Of a stretch of DNA of 64,000 nt, positions 21,754-31,500 are shown one piece after another. Position 1 is the stretch's first letter. The number at the start of each line of letters is the position of its first letter. Origin of the DNA: Lobosporangium transversale (taxonomy: Eukaryota). A model generated the notes under the pieces. The model was given only the letters and a program-made list of their open reading frames with translations. It was not told where the DNA came from and made no database searches. Location: contig NW_019029019.1 of the NCBI RefSeq assembly GCF_002105155.1, forward strand, positions 310,001 through 374,000, read 5' to 3'. The translations under genes and the position numbers were made by a program.

Positions 21754-24595
21754 GTGGCCGTTTACAGATTTACAGAGAAGCATGGGCTCTCATAACCGAC
21801 AACGAATGGGTCAAGTCGGTCGTCTCCGAGGGATTCAAAATCCCTTTCCACAAACGGCCACCGATATCCAGTTCAACAGCGTACCAAGCTCGAGTAGCAG
21901 CGGAGGAAGAGAAGGCGATCGATCAAGAGGTAATCGCACTCTTAGCCAAAAGAGCAATAGAGGTCGCTTCGGGCCCTGGTTTCAAGAGCCGAATATTCAC
22001 TATCCCCAAGAAAACCGGGGACATTCGTCCAGTCTTAAATCTAAGACCGTTGAATGCCTACGTCTCAGAGCGGCACTTCAAAATGGAGACGATGACGACA
22101 GTATGCGCAATGTTACAGAAGAACGACTTTATGACAAGCATCGACCTATCAGACGCATTTCTTCACGTACTAATCCATCCAGATTATCGTCATTATCTAC
22201 AGTTCCAATGGAAGAACCGGAAATTTCAATTCCGTACACTTCCCTTCGGGCTCTCACTCTCTCCGCTAGTGTTCACCAAAGTTCTCAAGCCTTTCCTCAA
22301 ATGGGCACGACGACGAGGAATTCGCATATCAGCGTACCTAGACGATTTGATAATCCTAGCCAAGAACAAAGAACAATCAATCCAGTTCACTCAACTAGTG
22401 CAAGACAAGTTGGCAGCGCTAGGATTCCTCATCAAGGAAGCCAAGTCTACGTTGATCCCGTCACAGAAAATAGACCATTTAGGTTTCACCATCAACTCCC
22501 GGGATATGACTGTCACAGTTCCGAAATCCAAAGTCAGGGACATACGGCGCGAGGCAGGAAAGCTACTACGAAAAGGCGCCACTTCTTTAAGGGAACTTTC
22601 TTCGTTCGTCGGGAAAGCAATGGCAACATCTATGGCAGTGTTCCCAGCGCGATTCATGACACGGAATCTGCTTCACCTCAAGAACACAGCACTAAAAGCC
22701 AAGGGAGCTTCTTGGTCGGACACGGTCACCCTCACGGAACCAGCCAAGGAGAACCTTCAATGGTGGAAGGAGCAATTGACGTCATGGAATGGTCTGTCAT
22801 GGATTCAACAACAGACACAAATGGACATATACACGGATGCATCGGACACCGGATGGGGGATCGTGATCAACAATCAAACATGGAGTGGCAAATGGACTCC
22901 ACAAGAGAAAGACCACCACATCAACTGGAAGGAACTACAGACAGTTCTTCGAGCTGTTCAACTACCAATAACACAGGGCAAAATGATCAACATCATATGC
23001 GACAACACGACGACGATTGCACACATCAACAGGTTCGGAGGGACGAGGTCTCCGGAACTAATGAGACTAGCGGACACGTTATGGCGTCACTGCCTAGCAA
23101 CGGGGACTCGACTTCGGACGACATACATCCCATCTGCATTCAACCCAGCGGATGCACCGTCACGGCGAATGATATCGCAATTGGAATGGAGGATCAGTCG
23201 CCCATTCTTTCAACAACTGGAACACCAATGGGGGCCACATCAGGTGGACCTATTTGCGTCGGCACAGAACAAACAGCTACCGACATTTGTCTCATGGAAA
23301 TTCCATCCAGATGCTCTGAAGATAGACGCCCTTCAACACAACTGGACAGAGATGGGCAACCTTTACATTTGCCCCCCATGGAATCTTCTATCAATCATCT
23401 TGGAGAGGATACAGACCCAGAAACTGACAGCAACAATAATAACCCCATGGTGGCCGAGTGCAATATGGTTCCCAACCATCAAGGAGATGGCAGTAGCACC
23501 ACCAATCCCGATCCCTCGGGAAGCAGTCCTACCAGCCGTCGGAAGCGCAAGCGATCTCCTCAGCAAGAATCCACTCTGGTCATTGACAGCATGGAGAATA
23601 AGAGGCGACGTAAAGATCTAGATGCAGGACTCTCACCATCCGCTATCACTCTACTAGATTCAGCAGGTGCCAACAGCAAAACACGTCGACAATATCTGCC
23701 AACTCAAGAGGCTTTCGCAGTATGGGCTCAACAAGAAGGCTTCGACCCTAGTACGCCAAATGCAATTGCTGTAGTTAACTATTTATGCCATGCGCGGATT
23801 ATCTATTCTTGGAGTAGGAATACCACTCTTAACAAAAAATCAGCCATCTTAAAGCTTTACGACGACACATCCGTGATCACAGGCAATATCTACTTTCAGC
23901 GGTTCATGGCAGCAATGAAAAGTACTGGCGTATTTCAAATGGAGCACGTATCCGCACTCGACATTTCACCCATCCTTTCATACTTCCGCATGGAGGACAA
24001 TGTGGATCTTGATATGCCTAAGCTCTCTCGCAAGCTCTGCTGGCTCTTAGGCGTTTGTGCGTTTCTCCGGCCAGATGATATCGGTTGCATCGATGTGTCA
24101 AAGTCAGAGACCAATGAAAAGGGTCTTCTCCTTACCATAGTCTTCCCTAAGGAGCGACGCGATGGGCAGCGCATCATAAAGTCGATCTTCGTAGGTAGAC
24201 ACCCTAACGACAAGAAAATTTGCCCAGTCGAGGCCTATACAGAATACACCAGACGGATAGCGGACACACCTCTCGAAATCGAGCACCACAAAGATCAGGA
24301 TTATAAATTCAATCCTCTTATGCGCTTTGTGAAAGACAAGTCTAAAGTCCTTAGGGTCAGTACCATAGGCACTTTTATGAATGAAATCACACGTCGAATT
24401 CCAAATCTTCCGTCGAAACGACCTCCTCCAAAGCCACGCGCTATAGGATCAACCTTGGCAGCCATCGCTGGCGTATCAACCCAAGATATCATGGTTCAAG
24501 GGAATTGGTCGTCTGACAAGGTTTTCAACAAACACTACCGTGTTTCCCGCAAAACCAATTCAAATTTGACGACGTCTGTTTTTGGTTCGCTCTGA
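20840..24595 (+). CDS. DIRS tyrosine recombinase ORF (YR domain in the last ~330 codons; long upstream overlap with gag and pol; true start uncertain)
   Basis: FLRPDDI (catalytic R), ICPVEAY, PKPRAIGST (HxxR position, H replaced) and GNWSS..FNKHY (W and catalytic Y). Confidence 0.85.
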   Translation: MTLLIQLYTLSRASWLHSPAGLKLSRLALNPVDRTPTWFQKNQLTKLHLTTPFSSTTQQWTGKIFSNINLETVQTILHMQQKWLKRCSLLPKTQPKPILHPNRHSLTGPTLPLTTVPWTKQSHAINHDWQTLQDHLINLPRKCFPTKLTLRSHKRVYSSHRQCVNILHTLHSKCQATGRTLFTKRTKFQSPRTQLIHQLSLLQTSLKPANWQRVFVRLLTRQDNGRTTGGLKTGVSLVQILTDPLLILANLIHRVKLRPPTIKMTMILFLGEAKIQGEGDEAEAEATKPLNPTRQVRHRLQASSRWPFTDLQRSMGSHNRQRMGQVGRLRGIQNPFPQTATDIQFNSVPSSSSSGGREGDRSRGNRTLSQKSNRGRFGPWFQEPNIHYPQENRGHSSSLKSKTVECLRLRAALQNGDDDDSMRNVTEERLYDKHRPIRRISSRTNPSRLSSLSTVPMEEPEISIPYTSLRALTLSASVHQSSQAFPQMGTTTRNSHISVPRRFDNPSQEQRTINPVHSTSARQVGSARIPHQGSQVYVDPVTENRPFRFHHQLPGYDCHSSEIQSQGHTARGRKATTKRRHFFKGTFFVRRESNGNIYGSVPSAIHDTESASPQEHSTKSQGSFLVGHGHPHGTSQGEPSMVEGAIDVMEWSVMDSTTDTNGHIHGCIGHRMGDRDQQSNMEWQMDSTRERPPHQLEGTTDSSSSCSTTNNTGQNDQHHMRQHDDDCTHQQVRRDEVSGTNETSGHVMASLPSNGDSTSDDIHPICIQPSGCTVTANDIAIGMEDQSPILSTTGTPMGATSGGPICVGTEQTATDICLMEIPSRCSEDRRPSTQLDRDGQPLHLPPMESSINHLGEDTDPETDSNNNNPMVAECNMVPNHQGDGSSTTNPDPSGSSPTSRRKRKRSPQQESTLVIDSMENKRRRKDLDAGLSPSAITLLDSAGANSKTRRQYLPTQEAFAVWAQQEGFDPSTPNAIAVVNYLCHARIIYSWSRNTTLNKKSAILKLYDDTSVITGNIYFQRFMAAMKSTGVFQMEHVSALDISPILSYFRMEDNVDLDMPKLSRKLCWLLGVCAFLRPDDIGCIDVSKSETNEKGLLLTIVFPKERRDGQRIIKSIFVGRHPNDKKICPVEAYTEYTRRIADTPLEIEHHKDQDYKFNPLMRFVKDKSKVLRVSTIGTFMNEITRRIPNLPSKRPPPKPRAIGSTLAAIAGVSTQDIMVQGNWSSDKVFNKHYRVSRKTNSNLTTSVFGSL
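21639..23621 (+). CDS. DIRS pol ORF: reverse transcriptase + RNase H + DNA N6-adenine methyltransferase-like domain
   Basis: Frame is open from 21639 (after TGA at 21636). Motifs PAVGGRL..W, SIDLSDAF, LPFGL, AYLDD, YTDAS, HINWKEL, CDNTT, NPADAPSR, VDLFAS and YICPPW. Confidence 0.92.
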   Translation, partial: FFFWARPKSKERGTRPRPRLPNPSIQPDKSGTDCRPAVGGRLQIYREAWALITDNEWVKSVVSEGFKIPFHKRPPISSSTAYQARVAAEEEKAIDQEVIALLAKRAIEVASGPGFKSRIFTIPKKTGDIRPVLNLRPLNAYVSERHFKMETMTTVCAMLQKNDFMTSIDLSDAFLHVLIHPDYRHYLQFQWKNRKFQFRTLPFGLSLSPLVFTKVLKPFLKWARRRGIRISAYLDDLIILAKNKEQSIQFTQLVQDKLAALGFLIKEAKSTLIPSQKIDHLGFTINSRDMTVTVPKSKVRDIRREAGKLLRKGATSLRELSSFVGKAMATSMAVFPARFMTRNLLHLKNTALKAKGASWSDTVTLTEPAKENLQWWKEQLTSWNGLSWIQQQTQMDIYTDASDTGWGIVINNQTWSGKWTPQEKDHHINWKELQTVLRAVQLPITQGKMINIICDNTTTIAHINRFGGTRSPELMRLADTLWRHCLATGTRLRTTYIPSAFNPADAPSRRMISQLEWRISRPFFQQLEHQWGPHQVDLFASAQNKQLPTFVSWKFHPDALKIDALQHNWTEMGNLYICPPWNLLSIILERIQTQKLTATIITPWWPSAIWFPTIKEMAVAPPIPIPREAVLPAVGSASDLLSKNPLWSLTAWRIRGDVKI

Positions 24596-24598
24596 AGT

Positions 24599-24689
24599 CA
24601 CATATGGACCATGGCTACGAGGATAATGATCTGGAAGTGCTACAAAGGACGCACTATCCTCATTATCAGAGTAGCCATGGGACATATGT
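24599..24689. repeat. DIRS internal complementary region (ICR)
   Basis: cacatatggaccatggctacgaggat-AATG-atctggaagtgctac...gggacatatgt is the reverse complement of right end + CATT + left end, i.e. the circle-junction sequence. Confidence 0.92.
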
Positions 24690-24725
24690 CCCTCCCACAC
24701 CTCCCTTTTCTTTTCACTCGTTACT

Positions 24726-24879
24726 AGATAGAGAGTAGATCAGAGCGAACGCTAGATTTTATTTATTTTATTTTTAGTTTTTTCTCGGTCAGAAGGAATA
24801 AAAAGAGGTCACACACATATGTCCCATGGCTACTCTGATAATGAGGATAGTGCGTCCTTTGTAGCACTTCCAGATCATT
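24726..24879. repeat. DIRS right inverted terminal repeat with right-hand extension
   Basis: Reverse complement of the left ITR, followed by an extension ending ...cacttccagatcatt that is complementary to the second part of the ICR. Confidence 0.93.
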
Positions 24880-25409
24880 GTTGTAAAATTTAGGGGCAGA
24901 TGCGGTAGGAGATTTAGGTCGTTTTGGTGGATTGTGAAGCCGGTCACTTCCAGCTGCAGATAGATAAAATAATTCTAACACAATAAAAAGAACACACACA
25001 CTACTCAAAGACTGAACGAGAACAGTCAGTACTCAAATGGCTCTTGTGTAAAAGAACAAGGAGCCAGATTTTCCTGAGCTGTTGCTCGTTAAATAGTTGT
25101 TGGCAAACCCTCTCCACGTGACTAAAACTAAAACCAACAATATGGTCGATGGGCTCTTTCGATCATCGTTTATGAGCCTGCTCCGTCTGTGCCCTCCAAA
25201 AAGAGAAAAGAGAAAAAAAGGGGATTTGAAGGAATATGGCTGTTAACTCAACCCTTTCATACATGCCCTATCACAAATAACTCAGTCTTCTGGCTCTCCT
25301 ATTACATAAGACCATTGCCATGAAGGATCGTAATACCGAGATTTTACTAGATCAACATTTTTTTTTTTTAAAGTTGCATAAACTGCAGAGAAAAATTTTT
25401 TTTGTTTCT

Positions 25410-25928
25410 GATGAATGCTTTGATACCGACCGAGGCGGCAGGCATGGGTAGCACGTAACCCGGCGCTTTGAGGCAAGGGTAGATTGCTTACCACCACCAG
25501 AGTTCCAGAGAAGACCTGAGACGATATCAAAGCCTATATCGATATTCAGAGGCGCCGTCGAGTATTCTTAAATGACTTTTTCGGCAATATTCACAGAGAT
25601 GTTGAGAACTGCTGTGACAGTTGTAATCCCGAAACGCATGAGCCTCCACCGCCATTGGAGACCGGAGATGGCTGGCGCAGAATTCAGCAGAGCGACTAAT
25701 CGAGATAGATCCTGGGGGGCGGTGGCCGGAAAACATCATATGGTACAAGAAATTACTGCTTGGAGAAATAGTGCGTTCAAGAACAACTTCAGTGGCCAAT
25801 ACCCATTATTTGACGAAGATATTGTCATGATGGACGGCATAGTTAAGCTTGCTAGCAAGAGCTCTGGTATTTTGACGCCAGAGCCGATTCTCTCTGCTAT
25901 CCGTTGCCAGTTCCCTAAACTTGAATAA
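25410..25928 (+). pseudogene. Degraded RecQ-like helicase C-terminal fragment
   Basis: TEAAGMG at 25429-25449 (RecQ motif V-like); RRRRVFLNDFFGN..ENCCDSCNP (RecQ Zn-binding-like, ~25548-25630); then an HRDC-like ITAWR...DGIVKLAS segment in another frame. Internal deletions and frameshifts. Confidence 0.6.
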
Positions 25929-25986
25929 CCACCAGCTCTGTAAAAATTATAATAGCAACCTTACTTTATCTGTTTGTCGCCTCACT

Positions 25987-27255
25987 ATGTCTCAAGGCCA
26001 TTTTCACCACTATATACCACGCTTCATGTAGGAGAGCTTCTCCCAACTGAAGTCTTCAAGCATTTCCCACCAAATACCTTAGGTGGCTTCACACAAGAGC
26101 CTTTTTAAAAGGCCCAGTGGAGAGCAAGGGAAATAGTGGAGGGGCTAGCGTGGGAAGCAGCAGGAAAGACAGCGGAAGGAAAAGCAGTGGGACCAGCAAA
26201 AGAGATAGCAGAGAAGGCGATAAAGAAGGCGGTCATGAAACCAAGGAGCAAAATCCCATCAGTGATTTCCCTATTTATATGCCCTATTTATGTGTATCGA
26301 GCATTGAAGAAAACAATCGCACAGAGTGGCGTTAGCAGAGTGTATGATCTTCAGAACATATATCGAGATATTGCTGCAGTTGATAGTATGGGGTTTGAGA
26401 GGGAGCTTGCCGAATCCGAGTACACCTCTGCGACGTTCATTCATAAGATCCGACCTGGCGGAGAACTACTGCTGACGCGGACTCAACTAGCAGACTTCAA
26501 GAGGTTCTTAGCCATCATGATGTACAGGAGCGAGTGCCGGAGGAAATAGTATTACGAGTGTCGATTTGATATTATGACACTTCTATCGATTCGAAAACAC
26601 ATGTCCCAAAACAATATTGACAGAGTTCAAGACGTATGGTTCGAGAATCTCAAATGGATCATCAAGACCCCTCACGACGAAATCATTAAGGAGAGCTCAG
26701 CTATCGATCCGAAAGGCGTCAAGACTCCCATGGATACTATGTTTGCTTTGAGCAAATATAAAGGACCTATTCACGTTGCGGAACTTATGGACTATTATAA
26801 CTTAGTGTGGAACTACGTGTGTGTTTGGCAAGTGGAAGAAGACTCTAACTGACAAGTGCTTTGGTGCGTTCGAAGATGAGAATGCTATTCACTTCCACAA
26901 CTTCCATGTTGTGTCTCCGAAATATATGGTCATCCTTGTGAACTGTCTTTACATGTGGGACCTTATGAAGACCGTGGGTCTCCGGAAGCCGTGGTCTGGA
27001 GGCGAGCTCCATGCCAATCCAGTTGTCATCTATACGAAAAAGCCTATGAGAGGCGCGGAAGACTTTACTCCAACAGACGTGTTCAAATACAAAAGGATTG
27101 TCGTCCCAAAAGAGAAGGTATATCTCGGCGGCAGTTTCATTTTGGGTGGAGGTACATAACATACATGTACAGGTCCTTGAGATACTACGATAAGACTAAG
27201 GAATCTTTATATACTCACAAATTTGGTTGCCGTTTCATGAAGCGCGAAGTATTAG
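25987..27255 (+). pseudogene. DUF4238-family pseudogene
   Basis: ATG MSQGHFHHYIPRFM then TAG at codon 15. Collinear with 38083-39423 but carries several frameshifts and stops. Confidence 0.9.
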
Positions 27256-28533
27256 AATATGACGACATTTTATTTTATGTATTTTTATTTCCAATGCATC
27301 TTATCCTGATGGGTGCGGCTCCTACACTATGGCTAGCTCGATGTAATAACAGTTCCTGCTGAGAAGAAAGAACGAAAACATAAAAAGGCAACTATCTGTG
27401 TGGATCAATAATGGATGGAGGATGGAGGAAGAAAGTAGTCTGTGTAAGTCTTTGAGGAAAGGGATGTGCCAGAAGCTAGCACAATAATATTTGTAGGGTT
27501 TTGACAACGTCAACACCATTTACAGTGGACATTGGTGTTAAAGAACACATGTTTAGTGCTATTTTACTATACCAACCCCTGCTTGTGTAGAGGATGTGTT
27601 TGCCAAGTAATCAAAAAATAAGCGGAGCGATGTTTGGTTGCTTTGAGGCATAAACCAAACAATAGATACTGTCATATTTATCCTTCGATCTTTATCCACT
27701 GCTGGGATAAACTATTGTAGAGGGAGAATGGGTACAGAACATCATGAAAGAGTTCTTTGTCCAAATAATCATCGGATCAATCTCCTTGGTGATGAAAGAG
27801 GGCTCTTGCTGATTATCCCCCGAAAGGAAAAAAAAACATCAAGAAGTAGAAAGGATTTCCACAAACAGATTTGATATGGAAAAAATGCTAACGTGTACGT
27901 TCCTGCGTTTGCTTGTATTCAGGTGCTATACTTTGAAATGTGCTATTTTTTTCTTTGAGCCAAGGATATATTCTATTATATCTTTGATGTCTCTATCGCC
28001 TCGCTCACTCAGCTTTTCTGTCTTTTTCTCTGTACTTCATACGGAATCAGGACAATCATCCCTACACTTGCATCGATTCACATTCTTTTTTCAATTGCTT
28101 CCTCCATTACTTCTTCGAACCCATCAATCATTGTGACTGTTTTTGAAGACGCGTTTATTTTATTTGCGCCACTGAACTTGGAATTAGTTTGACATACGTT
28201 AAGGTAATGGTGATAGCAGATAGTCATTTGAGGAGAGAGGCGAGTGTAGAGGTGTTGGCGGCTTGGAGCTCTCCACTCTTACATTTGATATTGTGTGCAA
28301 TGTAAGCTAACCTGGGTTCTAAACACATTTAAGACCGGGCACTTAACTGGCGTGCACTTTCTCTATACCGACCTTGTTATAAAAGCGGTGCTCAGCTTTT
28401 ATTCCGATTTATGGTGCAGAGTATGGAACTACTCGATGGTGTTCTGTTATTAACCATTTCTTTCTTTTTTTTCTTTTCTTTAGAAAATCAAACCAAATAG
28501 AAAAAAGAATCCTCCGAGATCTTGTGCGTTTCG

Positions 28534-31500
28534 ATGAAGTTACTGTACGACACCCAAAAGTTACGAACTTCGCTTAACAAGGACGAGAAGGCTAAACGGG
28601 AAAGAGGCAAGATGGACACGTTTAAGAAAGATGGATATGAGTCTGTTAGCCTATACACCAAAAGGCTAATAGACATGTATAAATACGAATTTGGGATCAA
28701 AGCAGCAAAGGCGCTGTTTGGCAAGATTCCAGACGACTACAAGCTCTGTGATCTCAGACGTGTAAGGAATAAAAACTTTCGAGATTCCGCCGACAAGGGG
28801 TTAAATGAAGACGATAGCGAGCTTAATGAAGACGATAACAAGCTAAATGAAGACGGTGGCGAGCTGAATGAAGGCGATGGCGGATTGAATGGAGAAGATG
28901 ACGAAGTAAATGGGGATAGTGAAGACGTTGACAAATCTAGTGCAGAGGATTGGATTTTTATTGGAGATGCAGAGATGTACAACCGCAACGACATTGTCGT
29001 AGCTGTAATCACTAAGAGCTTTGGCGATGAAACAGGCTCCAAGCGATACATCGGCTGCTTGAGTCACATTTTCAGGATCCCGCAAAGCAGATTGTGTCAA
29101 TACATTCTCACATTCAACGCGCAAATATCCCCTTCCCAGAATATTAAGGTACTGATGTGGACGATTGAAAACCTTACGTCCTACAAGCGTGTTGTGAAAA
29201 GTCTTTCCGATGGGGATGCGATGAGGTCGATACCAGAGCTGTTCTTGAAAGGCCCTATGACAGACGCTAGCCCCCTTACAGACGATACTATAGATATTCA
29301 AGATGGTGTGCCCGAGTCGATGAACCCAATGCAGAAAATCGCGATATCAAGAGCAATCCAGGAGGATGGGGACAAGGTGGTACTGATTCAAGGCCCTCCT
29401 GGATGTGGTAAATCGACGGTGATCGCCGAAATAATCCATTTGCTTACCACCCATGACCGAGGTAACGCGGGGATGCGAGTCCTGGCGTGCGCACAGACGA
29501 ACGTTGCTGTGGTAGATCTTGCATATAAGTATGTTACCACTAAAAAACCTAAGGACAAGTTTGCATGTGTTATGGATATGAAGCTACCCAAGATCACCGA
29601 TAGCCGCAAGAGAGTCGTGCTCGAGCCATTTACAATTATCGCTCGATATCATCAAGTTGTCAATGCTGTGTTGCATACCGTCATACGCGTCTTTGGGCGT
29701 ACCCCCACTGCGTGTCACGGGAGCACGACAAAGGATGGAGTTAAGAATATTGTGGCCGCCGATTTCAATGCGTGTGTGGAAAGTGGTTTAATCGAACTAC
29801 TGCCTCAGAGAGTTCGCACTCTTCTGATGTTTACGCAGGCCGCGATAGGCGGCTCTACGCTGCCGCCTGACGCTTTGGCCCGGATGAAGCGCTTTGTTTC
29901 AGGAATGCGCAACGAACTTAAGCTCTTTTTTGAACCCATCGAGCTCGAGTCGTTGCTCGAACTTTGCAGTGTTAGTCAGCATACAGGCTCGTCGGCACGC
30001 CCTACACCTATACCTATTTACGAATGGGTGAAGCAAGCCCTCCTTGACGCAGCGTCTGTTGTATTTTGCACGATTAATATTGGGATATCGTTGACTTATA
30101 ATAGACGCTTGGACAGTCTAGCGTATATCGTTGTCGATGAGGCAGGACAGGCACTAGAGCCAGATGTGGCTGCACTAATGTGTGTTGATTCATGCTTTCG
30201 TCGCCTTATCTTGGTTGGTGACCCAAAGCAGCTCCCAGGATATTGCGCATCCAACCGAGGCAAGCGCGAGATGATGGACCGCAGCCTCATGGAGCGTCTC
30301 CAGACATACCGACTGTGCCATTCTACACTTCTCGATGTACAATACCGCATGCACCAAGACATCTGTGCTTTTGTGTCCCGAACCTTTTACGATAACAGAT
30401 TGACCTCCGACAAATCTATCCATAACAGGAGCCCTGTTACAGCACTACCAGCAGTTATGCACATTATGTTTAGGGGGTCTCAGGCGAGCCAGTCAAAAAT
30501 CACGAAAACGAGTGTAGTGAATATCGATGAGGCTAGATACATTGTCGCCCATGTAATCAACGTGCTGTTGCCGTCCAGACGGAAGCAAGCCTCTTCAGCC
30601 AAGCCCGTGACTAAACCTGAGTCTGGATCAACATCTTATGCTGACATGGCGGCGAAACTCCCGCAAAAGATAGAGGCGCGACAACCTGCAGAAGCCGCCA
30701 CGGTCTCTATTGGAATCATATGCATTTACAAACCACAAGCCAACGTTATACAATACCTTGTCGACAAGGCACTGCCCCAAAAATTATCTGAGTTCAATAT
30801 AGTCGTTAAAACCATAGATTCATTCCAGGGGCAGGAGTGCGACGTTATCTATGTGGCGCTTACAAGAACTAACAAAATCAACGCTTTTATGGTCAATGCT
30901 AATCGCGTTAACGTGGCAATTTCGAGAGCTCGACACCACCTAATTGTAGTGGGAGATGCAAATCTTTCGCTGACAGGCAAACAAGGCGCCTCCTTATCAT
31001 CCTACTGGCATAAGCTGTGTGTGGGCAGGAGATCCATGGTTATCGAACGAAAGCACATGAAGAACGTACCTCTGTACGAAGGACCTGAACACGTTGCTGC
31101 TATGAAGGCTGTGGCAATGCCAGTAACACCGACCACAGTCAAAGAGATCATAGCTAAGGCATTGGCTGCCACAACTCCTATTTGGGCCATTCATTATGAG
31201 AGGCTCAAGGTAGACCCGGAAATCCCGCAAGGAATCCATATACTCGAATATGTTGTGCAAGCGCTGGCTAGTGGGGACTTTGACGCGGGAGATGGCGGTA
31301 GAACAACTAGACCTTTATTCCGCAAACAAAAAGGAGCATCCCTGTTCTTCGTTACCTCGGTGTGTGATACAGTGTGCCTTGCGTGGACCGTGGTGGTGCA
31401 CGGGCACCGCCAGGCCATTGAGCTTCTTGGCATCGGAGACAAAACATTCATCGAGAAGAAGGTCTGGCCGCTGCTCCGCCACGACATCAAAGAGCAACCA

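Larger units (their letters stand above)
20667..24879 (+). mobile_element. DIRS1-like tyrosine-recombinase retrotransposon, apparently full length (4213 bp)
   Basis: gag-like, RT/RNase H/methyltransferase and YR ORFs; inverted terminal repeats; internal complementary region; CATT core at both ends (20667-20670 and 24876-24879). Confidence 0.95.

Noticed and set aside
20667..24879. Interpretation as an LTR retrotransposon or a bacterial retron/integrase
   Set aside because: Repeats are inverted, there is an ICR, and there is no DDE integrase or protease. The RT-RNaseH-MT + YR layout is diagnostic of DIRS.
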